Below are positions 12,801-25,721 of a stretch of 39,478 nt of DNA, one piece after another (within the stretch, counting starts at the first letter, position 1; the number at the start of each line of letters is the position of its first letter). Position numbers and translations under genes: made by a program. The notes under the pieces were generated by a model that did no database searches, was not told the DNA's origin, and saw only the letters and a list, made by a program, of their open reading frames with translations. This stretch comes from Nemertoderma westbladi (taxonomy: Eukaryota > Animalia > Xenacoelomorpha). The stretch is from positions 1 to 39,478 of the forward strand of contig JAUCBJ010006396.1 of the NCBI GenBank assembly GCA_032718475.1, given 5' to 3'.

Positions 12801-15800
12801 TACACTACCTGGTATTCCAGTAGCCCTGCTACAGTACAAAACTACCTTGTATTCCAGTAGCCCTGCTTCTACACTACCTGGTATTCCAGTAGCCCTGCTA
12901 CTACACTACCTGGTATTCCAGTAGCCCTTCTACTACACTACCTGGTATTCCAGTACCCCTGCTACTACACTACCTGGTATTCCAGTAGCCCTGCTACTAC
13001 ACTACCTGGTATTCCAGTAGCCCTGCTACAGTACAAAACTACCTTGTATACCAGTAGCCCTGCTTCTACACTACCTGGTATTCCAGTAGCCCTGCTACTA
13101 CACTACCTGGTATTCCAGTGGCCCTGCTACTACACTACCTGGTATTCCAGTAGCCCTGCTACAGTACAAAACTACCTTGTATTCCAGTAGTCCTGCTTCT
13201 ACACTACCTGGTATTCCAGTAGCCCTGCTACTACTACTACACTAATGGTATTCCAGTACCCCTGCTACTACACTACCTGGTATTCCAGTAGCCCTGCTAC
13301 TACACTACCTGGTATTCCAGTGGCCCTGCTACTTCACTACCTGGTATTCCAGTAGCCCTGCTACTACACTACCTGGTATTCCAGTACCCCTGCTACTACA
13401 CTACCTGGTATTCCAGTAGCCCTTCTACTACACTACCTGGTATTCCAGTACCCCTGCTACTACACTACCTGGTATTCCAGTAGCCCTGCTACTACACTAC
13501 CTGGTATTCCAGTGGCCCTGCTACTACACTACCTGGTATTCCAGTAGCCCTGCTACTACACTACCTGGTATTCCAGTACCCCTGCTACTACACTACCTGG
13601 TATTCCAGTAGCCCTGCTACTACACTACCTGGTATTCCAGTAGCCCTTCTACTACACTACCTGGTATTCCAGTACCCCTGCTACTACACTACCTGGTATT
13701 CCAGTGGCCCTGCTACTACACTACCTGGTATTCCAGTGGCCCTGCTACTACACTACCTGGTATTCCAGTACCCCTGCTACTACACTACCTGGTATTCCAG
13801 TACCCCTGCTACTACACTACCTGGTATTCCAGTGGCCCTGCTACTACACTACCTGGTATTCCAGTACCCCTGCTACTACACTACCTGGTATTCCAGTGGC
13901 CCTGCTACTACACTACCTGGTATTCCAGTGGCCCTGCTACTACACTACCTGGTATTCCAGTACCCCTGCTACTACACTACCTGGTATTCCAGTACCCCTG
14001 CTACTACACTACCTGGTATTCCAGTACCCCTGCTACTACACTACCTGGTATTCCAGTAGCCCTGCTACTACACTACCTGGTATTCCAGTACCCCTGCTAC
14101 TACACTACCTGGTATTCCAGTAGCCCTGCTACTACACTACCTGGTATTCCAGTAGCCCTTCTACTACACTACCTGGTATTCCAGTACCCCTGCTACTACA
14201 CTACCTGGTATTCCAGTGGCCCTGCTACTACACTACCTGGTATTCCAGTGGCCCTGCTACTACACTACCTGGTATTCCAGTACCCCTGCTACTACACTAC
14301 CTGGTATTCCAGTACCCCTGCTACTACACTACCTGGTATTCCAGTGGCCCTGCTACTACACTACCTGGTATTCCAGTACCCCTGCTACTACACTACCTGG
14401 TATTCCAGTAGCCCTGCTACTACACTACCTGGTATTCCAGTAGCCCTTCTACTACACTACCTGGTATTCCAGTACCCCTGCTACTACACTACCTGGTATT
14501 CCAGTAGCCCTGCTACTACACTACCTGGTATTCCAGTGGCCCTGCTACTTCACTACCTGGTATTCCAGTACCCCTGCTACTACACTACCTGGTATTCCAG
14601 TAGCCCTGCTACTACACTACTTGGTATTCCAGTACCCCTGCTACTACTACTACACTACCTGGTATTCCAGTAGCCCTGCTACTACACTACCTGGTATTCC
14701 AGTAGCCCTGCTACTACACTACCTGGTATTCCAGTAGCCCTGCTACTACACTACCTGGTATTCCAGTACCCCTGCTACTACTACTACACTACCTGGTATT
14801 CCAGTAGCCCTGCTACTACACTACCTGGTATTCCAGTAGCCCTGCTACTACACTACCTGGTATTCCAGTACCCCTGCTACTACACTACCTGGTATTCCAG
14901 TAGCCCTGCTACTACACTACCTGGTATTCCAGTAGCCCTGCTACAGTACAAAACTACCTTGTATTCCAGTAGCCCTGCTTCTACACTACCTGGTATTCCA
15001 GTAGCCCTGCTACTACACTACCTGGTATTCCAGTAGCCCTTCTACTACACTACCTGGTATTCCAGTACCCCTGCTACTACACTACCTGGTATTCCAGTAG
15101 CCCTGCTACTACACTACCTGGTATTCCAGTAGCCCTGCTACAGTACAAAACTACCTTGTATACCAGTAGCCCTGCTTCTACACTACCTGGTATTCCAGTA
15201 GCCCTGCTACTACACTACCTGGTATTCCAGTGGCCCTGCTACTACACTACCTGGTATTCCAGTAGCCCTGCTACAGTACAAAACTACCTTGTATTCCAGT
15301 AGTCCTGCTTCTACACTACCTGGTATTCCAGTAGCCCTGCTACTACTACTACACTAATGGTATTCCAGTACCCCTGCTACTACACTACCTGGTATTCCAG
15401 TAGCCCTGCTACTACACTACCTGGTATTCCAGTGGCCCTGCTACTTCACTACCTGGTATTCCAGTAGCCCTGCTACTACACTACCTGGTATTCCAGTAGC
15501 CCTGCTACTACTACTACACTAATGGTATTCCAGTAGCCCTGCTACACTTCACTACATGGTATTCCAGTAGCCCTGCTACTACACTACCTGGTATTCCAGT
15601 AGCCCTGCTACTACACTACCTGGTATTCCAGTAGCCCTGCTACTACACTACCTGGTATTCCAGTAGCCCTTCTACTACACTACCTGGTATTCCAGTACCC
15701 CTGCTACTACACTACCTGGTATTCCAGTAGCCCTTCTACTACACTACCTGGTATTCCAGTACCCCTGCTACTACACTACCTGGTATTCCAGTAGCCCTGC

Positions 15801-16154
15801 TACTACACTACCTGGTATTCCAGTAGCCCTGCTACAGTACAAAACTACCTTGTATTCCAGTAGCCCTGCTTCTACACTACCTGGTATTCCAGTAGCCCTG
15901 CTACTACACTACCTGGTATTCCAGTGGCCCTGCTACTTCACTACCTGGTATTCCAGTAGCCCTGCTACTACACTACCTGGTATTCCAGTAGCCCTGCTAC
16001 TACACTACATGGTATTCCAGTAGCCCTGCTACTACACTACCTGGTATTCCAGTAGCCCTGCTACTACTACTACACTACCTGGTATTCCAGTAGCCCTGCT
16101 TCTACACTACCTGGTATTCCAGTAGCCCTGCTTCTACACTACCTGGTATTCCAG
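6844..16154. repeat. 32-bp tandem satellite, ~290 units, with higher-order structure
   Basis: Unit CTGGTATTCCAGTAGCCCTGCTACTACACTAC; recurring variants gtacccc, gtggccc, cccttct, cagtacaaaactaccttg and +cta insertions. ORFs 9205-14673 are translations of this repeat. Confidence 0.98.
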
Positions 16155-17098
16155 GTGTAGACAGATATGTATTCCAGGTATAGACAGATTCCAGGTATAG
16201 ACAGATATTTATTCTAGGTATAGACAGATATTTATTCCAGGTATAGACAGATATGTATTCCACGTTTAGACAGATATCTATTCCACGTATAGACAGATAT
16301 GTATTCCAGGTATAGACAGATTCCAGGTATAGACAGATATTTATTCTAGGTATAGACAGATATTTATTCCAGGTATAGACAGATATGTATTCCACGTTTA
16401 GACAGATATCTATTCCACGTATAGACAGATATGTATTCCAGACATAGACAGATATGTATTCCAGGTATAGACAGATTCCAGGTATAGACAGATATTTATT
16501 CTAGGTATAGACAGATATTTATTCCAGGTATAGACAGATATGTATTCCACGTTTAGACAGATATCTATTCCAGGTATAGTCAGATATTTATTCCACGTAG
16601 ACAGATATGTATTCCAGCATATAGACAGATATATATTCCAGGTATAGTCAGATATGTATTCCAGGTATAGACAGATATGTATTCCAGGTATAGACAGATA
16701 TTTATTCCAGGTATAGACAGATATTCCACGAATAGACAGATATGTATTCCAGGTATAGTCAAATATTTATTCCACGTATAGACAGATATTTACTCCACGT
16801 AAGACAGATATTTATTCCAGGTATAGACAGATATGTATTCCACGTATAGACAGATATGTATTCCAGGTATAGACAGATATTTATTCCAGGTATAGTCAGA
16901 TATTTATTCCAGGTATAGACAGATATTCCACGTATAGACAGATATGTATTCCAGGTATAGTCAAATATTTATTCCACGTATAGACAGATATTTATTCCAC
17001 GTAAGACAGATATTTATTCCAGGTATAGACAGATATGTATTCCACGTATAGACAGATATGTATTCCACGTATATACAGATATGTATTCCACGTATAGT
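16150..17098. repeat. 23-bp tandem satellite fused to the 32-bp array
   Basis: Unit TATTCCAGGTATAGACAGATATG (ccagg at 16661 and 16684), with shortened variants and a 132-bp higher-order period near 16170-16500. Confidence 0.95.
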
Positions 17099-17594
17099 CA
17101 CGGTTGTCCAAAATATTTAATGTAATTACATTTAAAAAGGAATGGGCTGCAGTACCTGATACTTCGTTATACTGTAACTTCAACACAAAAATCATGTATC
17201 GAAGTGACTTTTTGTCGAAAACACAATTAGTAAAATATAGAAATTATCTGTTATTGATTGATATTCCCAATATTGAATGAAACATTTTCTTTAATTCAGC
17301 TAAAAATCCTAATAGATAGCCCTGTGTACTACACTATGACACGACACACTACTTTCACTCATCACATCATGCATCAAAGTTTTCGCGATAAGTAATTTGA
17401 ACTCAAATTGGCGTTTGTAAAATTTGTGAAAAGTTGAATAAATAAGAAATAAATATAATGAATGGCCAGCACCATACTCGTACGGAAACTACATACCGTA
17501 TGTAATATAAATTAACTATCAATATACTTTTGTAAAGGTAGCAAAACAGATTGTGTTATACATAAACGAGGGTTATCACACTATAAATGAATAC

Positions 17595-17733
17595 CGTGGA
17601 TTTGCACAGAGGTGAGTTTTCACTGGAGGGGGTTAAATACACTAGGGAAAATGCAACCCGGGAGTGAGAATACACTAGGGAATTTTAACCGGGGAGTGAT
17701 TTTGCATTGAGAGTGAAAATTATGTTACACCGG
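17595..17733. mobile_element. MITE-like arm ending TTACACCGG; related to 18804-18985 (opposite orientation) and 24870-25060
   Basis: Shared motifs gagttttcactggagggggttaaa, tacactagggaa and cgggagtgagaatacactaggga; terminus ccggtgta at 18804. Confidence 0.55.
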
Positions 17734-19028
17734 TAACATCTCAAAATTATGTTAAATATGTCAAAGTCTTATACTGTAACAATTTTATTTTCAATATGAA
17801 TTATCATTAAAATGGTGTATACAAATAGTAATATGATACATTAAATATTAAAATATAATTTTTACGAATTTTATAATTCATGCAGTGTATCGTATGCAAA
17901 TTCCGAATGATAAATTGTCCAATTATTTCGATTAATAGAAAAACACAATAAATATATCCTGTTCATTAGGTTCCACTCCACATCCACAGATATGAAATGC
18001 ACTATTCAGTTCAGAGTATCTTGCTACAAAATCCATAACTGTGATTATAGCACGGTTTATCAAATTTTAATGAAATATTAAGGATTCAAATTTACGAAAA
18101 AAATTTGCTGCGGCACCCAGGTCTCAAACTCGGTACAGAAATTAATAATTTCATAGATTAAATTATAAAATTAAATTATATCAAATTATATTAAATAATA
18201 TTAAATTATTAAAAAAAAAATAAATCAATATAATAAAAAATATCCAACTGTAATTGATAGTCAATTGTGTACCGCTACTGAGCTAATTTTAGTATTATTT
18301 CTAGAGAGGGGGGGAGGGGGGGGGGGGGGGGACTGGACGCAAATCCCATCTGGCGAATTAATATCCCGCCTCAAAGTTAAATTAGATGGGGATGTTGGAG
18401 TTAGAGCTTAGTCTGTCTGTTAGAGACGACAACGACTGAAAGATGGCGGATCTGTTGGAGTAAGAGCGACTCGATGATGGTTCCGCGTTGTCGTTGACAC
18501 GATAGGCCTATTGGATACATGGCGAGGGAGAAACGAGTCACGGGACGCTGCAATTACAATGATCGCGGTGGGATGGAAGCCGGGAGAAGCGAGCGCGCGT
18601 CTCCAACCTGCCAACTCGCTATGTTTCTTTATTACAGGGATACCTTTACGGTGTAAGGCTGTAAGGACTACGGAGACCAGAGGCAGAGAAGGTAGGCCTA
18701 CGGTACAGCGGTACGACAGTACGGAACGACAGTACGGCGATCTAGTACAGTAAACAGTACCGGTAGTCTGGTAGGCCTAGTAGCCTAGAACCTAGCAGCC
18801 TAGGCCGGTGTAGCTGATAATTTCCACCCCCCTAAAAATTCACCCCCCGGTTAAAATTCACTACCGGCTGACCGGTACCGGTAGTGTATTTTCACCCCCC
18901 GGTTGCCGGTTAGAAATTTAGAATTCACTAGGGTATTTTGGGTAGGCCTATTTTAACCGGGTGCCGGGCGCCGGGGGTGAAACCGTCACTGCAATACTTC
19001 TAAAACGTGCACCTGATGGTGTCTTTAA

Positions 19029-20512
19029 CCCTCCCCCGGTAACGTGGGGTAAAATAATACCCCAAGGGGATTACTTTTGATATTTTTCGACAATCTCTCA
19101 TATTATGTATGTCCAACTTCATAGTATCTTCCAAAAAACTTGTAATCTAACGATTGTGTGGGTCAAACCCATAAAATTTTGTTTATGAAAAATGTTATGG
19201 GCCCTTAATTTGAAAACAACTTAGTTAGGTAAGATGGACCCTCATGGAAACGAGGTGAAACCTCATGAGGCCATCCACACGTCACTACATACGCTATCCT
19301 TCTTGTTTTTACAGTACGTTACATTAATTATATTTACACTCATATTTACTTACATATCTATATTTATATTCACTACATACGATATCCTTCTTGTTTATAC
19401 TGCACATTAACATTAATTATATTTTACCTACGCTTGTGATGTTGAGACCCATTTGTTTTAAAACTAATGCAATTGTGCAACATCTCTCATGTTACCGTGC
19501 CATATAGTACACTACTATGCATAGTTATATAATATTAATTGTTGTTTCTCATCGTTGTTTCGCTTTACATTGCGATTTTATCTGTTTAGTGCATATAATT
19601 TGTTGTTGACGTAAAAAAATCAAATCAAATCAAATCAAATGGGGTATAAAAATACCCCATAACGTTATGGTGCTCGTTTAGTGGTGCATTGTGACTCATT
19701 TTGGTTTCATTGGAACCACAATGGTCGATTTAGTTGTACTAGACAGCTAGAGGCATGTTTTAACTTTGTCTTTTAAGACCAAATTATCAGTATTAAGAAG
19801 CTACTGTATTGTGTATGGCCTGTATTTCACAAGCCAAGACTTCGGCCTAATCGCGATGCGATAGATTGCTAAGCATATGTGAATAATTATTATTGTGTAG
19901 GCTTTCTTAGAGGTGTTCTGGCCTTTTGGGTTTCATTTTGGGTTCATTGAAACTGCAATGTATAATTTAGTTGGACAATAATCACATTTTATGACCAAAT
20001 CATCAGTATACTTTTTTGCAGTCATGGTGTATAGGCCTATTTCATATTACAATTCAAGATCTTGTGCTATTGCGAGGTGATATATCTGTATATATATATA
20101 TCACTTTGTTGACTTTTAGTGGTGGTATTTGACTCATTTTATGCTTATTGGAACTGCAATGGTATACTTCAGGGTGTACTTGACCCATAACACCACTAAA
20201 AAACCTAAAATGAGAAACACTCTCACAGCTAATGCTTCGCTATGATAGTATCTTGTTGCAAAACGCCCCATCGCGACGTTAACGATGATCGCGATTGTAG
20301 TGGGATAACTTTTGTGGCATTGAGCGTTGGGTAGACTTCAACCAAATTGAAAAAAAAATTCACAACTTATTTTTTCACCATTTGGCAAATTCTGGGAGGG
20401 GGATTGCAAGTGTTTTTCTGTTTAATGTTACTTAAAATGTCTTATCAATTTGGGGTATAAAAATACCCCATGTTACCGGTGAAGGATAATTTTTTACCAT
20501 ACCGGGGCAGGG
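19029..20512. mobile_element. Non-autonomous piggyBac-like element (1484 bp)
   Basis: TTAA at 19025-19028 and 20513-20516; TIR CCCTCCCCCGGTA vs CCCTGCCCCGGTA (12/13); internal near-palindrome tggggta.aa..atacccca at ~19044, 19640 and 20451. No transposase ORF. Confidence 0.85.
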
Positions 20513-21356
20513 TTAAACCGCGCCAGTGGCAGGTCCGAAATCGCGCCAATACCAACCTAACTGCCTAAACCTACTAGAAAATTTTTTTGAAAATATAAAA
20601 AAAAAATGAATCACAGTTTCAAACCATTCATTAATAAAACTTCTTGTCCCGGGTTCTCTCTTTAAAACATCTGATATTTAATTGAAACATCTGATTACTG
20701 GATTAGCAGATTAGTTCTGTAGATTGTAACATACCGGTAATACTAGAAATAATTTTTCGGCCTACAGCTGTACAGTACTGCAGTAGTATTCGTATATTCG
20801 GCTTTTCTCCAGAATTATATCATTACATTGGCCAATCAATTTGTTACCCTTACCATGTCAATAATTAACAATTCAATATACTGTCAGATTGTACAGCTGT
20901 ATGTATGTATTATTAACTTGAATTATACAGTATAGGCCTATTTATGTGTTGTTCTTTTGTCTTTTAAGAAACACACAAAACTCAAATTAAATCAATTTAT
21001 GAATAGAGCGATTTTTGATTTTAACAATACAAAATGTAAATGAAACGCGAGCGAAATTTTTAGTGGCAAATTCTTGTTCTCACTGTCTCACTCAGTCACT
21101 TCCTGACTTCAGCAGTTTGCACAAACTTTAAGAGCTCGTTGAGAGCACGAGCTTTGAGAGCCCTGTCGCCCCTGTTGCACCTCACCTCACCGCGCCAGTT
21201 CACAATATTCTGCAAATCGCGCCAGATCAGAGGCGTGGCGTAGCGATGGGGGGGGGGGGGGGGGGGGGGGGGGGTGTTCCCCCGGGCGCACTCAACCGGT
21301 CGGGGTATTCTTGTAAAAATAAGACAAATCAGTGAAAATTCAGGGAGTGTGATACA

Positions 21357-21700
21357 GTACACCATGTCCCAGAATATAGTGTCGTAATTCAGTGACACGC
21401 CACCCCCCCCCCCCCCCCCCCCCCCCCTAATGTTTCTACAAATCGTAATGAGATTGCATGAAATTTGAAACATAGATAGTTTCACCTCCCGACCACTGAC
21501 TGGGTGAGCCATAATTTTCATTTTTGCTTTCAATCTTTTAGCTAGAAGCGTTTAAAAAAAGTGTCTCCAGCGATATTACACCAGTTACACCGCAGTTATT
21601 CTTCTACCATATAGTGTTTTGTTTGTACCAATGGAAAGCTGGCCCTGCAAGGATTTCAAATATGTAACACAATTTGAATTTCGTTGAAAAATAGCTGAGA
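21357..21700. mobile_element. Tc1/mariner-like MITE remnant; a related end lies at 2088-2130
   Basis: caccatgtccc/tg.aatatagtgtcgt.attcag followed by a C-tract occurs at both 2088 and 21360; preceded by TA at the 21360 copy. Confidence 0.4.
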
Positions 21701-21713
21701 TTGGGCGTTCAAA

Positions 21714-21951
21714 TGTTGCATGGTTATGCACCTGCGCGAGGCTATTTTATTCTATTTAATAAATGCTGAAATGCATCATAATCTGGGATATTTTGTTTAT
21801 CCAAATACGTAGCTGGGCAACAGTGCATTACATCTTTAATCATACTATTATGTAGCTATTCATACATTTAAAAAAATGTTCCAGAATATGGTTTATTTAT
21901 TAATAGAATAAAATAGCCTCGCGCAGGTGCATAACCAATAACCATGCAACA
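21714..21951. repeat. ~50-bp inverted repeat pair (MITE-like)
   Basis: tgttgcatggttatgcacctgcgcgaggctattttattcta matches the reverse complement of tagaataaaatagcctcgcgcaggtgcataacc(aataacc)atgcaaca. Confidence 0.85.
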
Positions 21952-22656
21952 TACAAGTCCCTAAAAGGTGCCACCCTGCTCCATAGCGCGGGAAATTCAA
22001 ATGATTGAATGACATGTTATTTGTACTGGAAAGGGTGGCAGATCAGATCTGCCACCTATATATTGGCGGTAAATTCAAATCTGTTTTAACATTGAATACA
22101 CGAATAGAGTAAGACCAATCTGCCAATGCAATTCATTGAATCAGAATAAATTATTTATTATCGGTTTAACTCACTCATCCGTTAATGTTGTTGATTTATC
22201 TATTCTGGGACTTCGAGCAGCACGTGAACAACTAAACCAGCACGCTAACTACCGGTAGTCTGGGGCTTCGAGCACCACGTGAACAACTAAACTGGCCGGT
22301 TACAGTCTGGGACTTCGAGCAGCACCTGAACAACTAAACCAGCACGTTAACTAGTCTGGGGCTTCGTGCAGCACGTGAACAACTAAACTGGCTGGTTACC
22401 TAGTCTGGGACTTCGAGCAGCACGTGAAAAACTAAGCTGACTGTTAACTAGTCTGGGATTTCGAGCAGCACGTACAACTAAGCTGCCTGGTTAACAAGTC
22501 TGGGACAAGGGATTTAACAAGCAAATAATAAATGTTCTTTACATTTTACTGATAGAAGTTAATCCAAAATCCCCCGATCACCCCCCCCCCCCCCCCCCCC
22601 CCCTCCTCAAATTGCATTTTCGCTCGAAGTCCCAGACTAGTTAACCAGTCAGCTTA

Positions 22657-24153
22657 CCCTATAAGCATTTGACGTCTATTTTTACACCTCAACAGGTATG
22701 TGGACGTCATTTTACGTCAATTATGTTTGTTGCAAGAACTCAAAGTTTTGATGGTTGACGTAATTACGTAAAATTACGTCTTGAACACGTCTTGTTGACA
22801 CGTTCCTGTATAAGACTTATACATGGTGGATATAATTACCTAAAATGACGTCATGAACACGTCTTGACGGCACGTATCTGTGTGATACTTTTCATGTTGG
22901 AAATAATTACCTAAAATTACGTCTTGAACACGTCTTAATGACACATCTACTTACCACTTATACCTACTGACTGACTACAGTATGAGTACAGTATATATTA
23001 GTGGTGGGTATATTTTAGTTAGTTATTTATATAGCCGGTGGGTGTGAGTGGGTAGGAAAGTAATGAGGTGGGTGCGTGTGGGTAGGATAGGAAGGTAATG
23101 TGGTGGGTGTGAGTGGGTAGGGAGGTAATGAGGTGGGTGTGAGTGGGTATGAAGGTGATATGGTGGGTGTGAGTGGATAGGAAGGTAATATGGTGGGTGT
23201 GAGTGGGTAGGAAGGTAATGAGGTGGGTGTGAGTGGGTAGGAAGGTAATGGAGTGGGTGTGAGTGGGTAGGAAGGTAATGAAGTGGGTTTGAGTGGGTAG
23301 GAAGGTAATGAGGTGGGTGTGAGTGGGTAGGAAGGTGATGAAGTCGGTTTGAGTGGGTAGGAAGGTAATGAGGTGGGTGTGACTGGGTAGGAAGGTAATA
23401 TGCTTATGGTGGGTGTGAGTGGTGCTATTGCGCACTCTGAGTACCACCAATGACAAGAAAATGGCCAAATTGACCCATTAGAATAAATTTTTGGACAACA
23501 TGAATCGGCGGAATCGATTCCTAGCGTATAAAATAGTCGGAAACCACTTTCAGATTAAATAGTTGAAAATAGTAAGACGCCCCTATTATCTTTGCCAATA
23601 ATTTTTTCCCCTCCATCTTGTAATTTTAATATTCATTTCCAAATCAAACTTGTGCTAAATATAATATCAGTACTATTTTAATTTGTGTTTATTAGTTGTT
23701 AATTAACAATTTATTCGGATATTAAATTTATCGTCCGTTGGTTACATTATATAATAATGTTTTTTCTTTATTATAGTATCAACAAACACCGTCAAGAAAG
23801 TAAAATCAATTTCAATCTTAATGTCATGGATCTAAGCGATGTAAAAAGCGACGCGTAAGTGCTTGTGTGGTGTAGTTATTTGAATTTGGCGTCTGTTATT
23901 GTTACAGTACGTGTCTAGCACGTCATTTGACGTGCTTGTGTGGTGTTCCAGTGTAGTATTTGACGTCTGCTGACGTAATTGACACGTGTCTAACAAGTCA
24001 TTTGACGTAAACTGTAGCACGTCATAGTTTGAGGTGCTCAAACACGTGTTTGACACTTCCAAAATACACGTGGCCAAGACGTCATTTTCAACACGTTGAC
24101 GTCGAATAATTACGTCGTATCCACGTGTTGTTGACGTGCTGATGCTTATAGGG
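22657..24153. mobile_element. Nested non-autonomous DNA transposon with CCC termini and 2-bp TSD (CMC/EnSpm-like)
   Basis: Perfect 12-bp TIR CCCTATAAGCAT; TA on both sides (22655-56, 24154-55); removing it restores the host repeat cagcttagttgttcac; many ACGT-containing subterminal repeats in both arms. Confidence 0.85.
23036..23422. repeat. 30-bp G-rich minisatellite, ~13 units
   Basis: Unit AGGTGGGTGTGAGTGGGTAGGAAGGTAATG; explains ORF 23019-23468. Confidence 0.92.
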
Positions 24154-25061
24154 TAGTTGTTCACATGCTACTGGAAGTCCCAGACTATAGTTAACCAGTC
24201 ACCTTAGTTGTTCACGTGCTGCTCGAAGTCCCAGATTAGGTATCCAGCCTTCAGTCAGTTTATTTGTTCACGTGCTGATCTATGCCCCAGACTAGTTAAC
24301 GTGCTGGTTTAGTTGTTCACGTGCTGCTCGAAGTCCCAGACTAGTTAACCAGTCAGCTTTGTTGTTCAAGTGCTGCTCGAAGTCCCAGAATAGTTAAAAC
24401 AACAACAATAACGGATGAGTGGGTTAAACCGATAAGAAATAATTTATTCTGATTCAATGAATTACATTTAGTCTTACTCTATTCATGTATTCAATGCAGC
24501 AATGTTAAAACAGATTTGAATTTACCGCCAAAATATAGGTAGCAGATCTGATCTGCCACCCTTTCCAGTACAAATTACATGTCTTTCAATCATTTGAATT
24601 TCCCGCGCTATGGCAGTATGGAGCAGGTTGGCACCTTTTAGGGACTTGTGTGTATTCTTACCCCCATGCAGCCATGATATTTTAAATTTCAATATTATTT
24701 AAATTCGATATAAGCCTGCAGTTAAGACCAGAGATACATCTACCTGTACTGCTCTAGCAGTCTAGTACACAGACAAACACACGCTCCACACTGACGCTGG
24801 AGATTTGTATACAGTAGTCAGGCAATACAGTAAAGTACCGGTAGTGTAGAAGATATAAATAATAGGCCTACACCGGGAGTGAGAATACACTAGGGAAATT
24901 TATCCGGGGATGGATTTGCATTTGCACAGAGTGAAAATTGATAAATGCAGGGGTGAGTTGAGTTTTCACTGGAGGGGGTTAAAATACACTAGGGAAAATA
25001 CACCCCGGCCCCGGGAGTGAGAGAGAATAGGCCTACACGAGGCCCTAGTGATTTTAACCGG

Positions 25062-25195
25062 GTTAAGTGGTAGCTAAATGAGTACTGGAGTTTCCTCTGG
25101 GGAGTAAAGTTCTGAGGGGACCGCACTGGAAATAAGTCGTCAGACTTTGTGCGTAATCCGTGGCCGAAGAAAATTTACTTTTACTTTTACTTACT
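25062..25195 (+). mobile_element. Probable SINE 3' remnant with (tttac)n tail
   Basis: agctaaatgagtac resembles conserved SINE central domains; ends in tttacttttacttttacttact. Pattern recognition only. Confidence 0.35.
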
Positions 25196-25199
25196 ACAC

Positions 25200-25425
25200 C
25201 AACATTGCTCCAGCTGAACTCCAAACAGCTTACCGTAAGGGCTTGGGAACAGATATTGTGGTAGCGGCATTGCTTGAGTTAATCCACAACAATGAAAACC
25301 AAAACCAAGGAACATATGTGTGTCAGATGGACATACGGAGTGCCTTCGATGAGGTGAATCATTGCAAACTTTTCAACAAACTGAGACATAAAATCAACCC
25401 ATATGTTTGTAAAATGTTGCTGTGT
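25200..25425 (+). mobile_element. Fragment of a non-LTR reverse transcriptase from a different family than the RTE copies
   Basis: QTAYRKGLGT...YVCQMDIRSAFDEVNHCKLFNKL matches the non-LTR RT motifs Q-G-F-R-x-G-x-S-T and D-x-x-K-A-F-D-x-V-x-H. Confidence 0.75.
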
Positions 25426-25721
25426 TCGCGGTATTTCAACTTTTCCTAACGCGAGTTGAATATTTTTTGGATTTATTTAAAATGATTATTCCGATATCAC
25501 TACTGGGTGCGGGACCATGGGTTTTGGGCACACTCAATGAACTGGGGGCGATTTATGGGCGAATATTGGGGCGACTTACGGGGTACGGGACTCATTTCAT
25601 GTATATAAGGGCCAGGGGGGGAAGGAAAAGTTAAGCAGTATTCAGGTTTACCTGACTACTATTAGGCCTAGCCAACTTCCTGCTGCCTGTAGAGGTGGAT
25701 TTGGTAAATCGCTAGGTCTAA

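Larger units (their letters stand above)
21953..24649. mobile_element. Foldback DNA element: ~250-bp TIRs plus arrays of ~43-bp subterminal repeats, right arm interrupted by a nested insertion
   Basis: ACAAGTCCCTAAAAGGTGCCA...TGGCACCTTTTAGGGACTTGT; 21953-22200 mirrors 24400-24649; repeat tctgggacttcgagcagcacgtgaacaactaa at 22203-22507 and inverted at 22622-22656 and 24154-24390. Confidence 0.9.

Noticed and set aside
9205-14673. ORFs MALLLHYLVFQ...
   Set aside because: Translations of the 32-bp satellite cycling through frames from non-ATG starts.
6844-16154. CRISPR array (32-bp partly palindromic repeats; likewise the 36-bp array)
   Set aside because: Units are head-to-tail with no unique spacers, there are no cas genes, and the context is eukaryotic.
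21096-21533. Poly-Gly/poly-Pro ORF
   Set aside because: Produced by G and C homopolymer tracts, which recur throughout the window.
23019-23468. His/Thr-rich 149-aa protein
   Set aside because: Translation of the 30-bp minisatellite inside a transposon.
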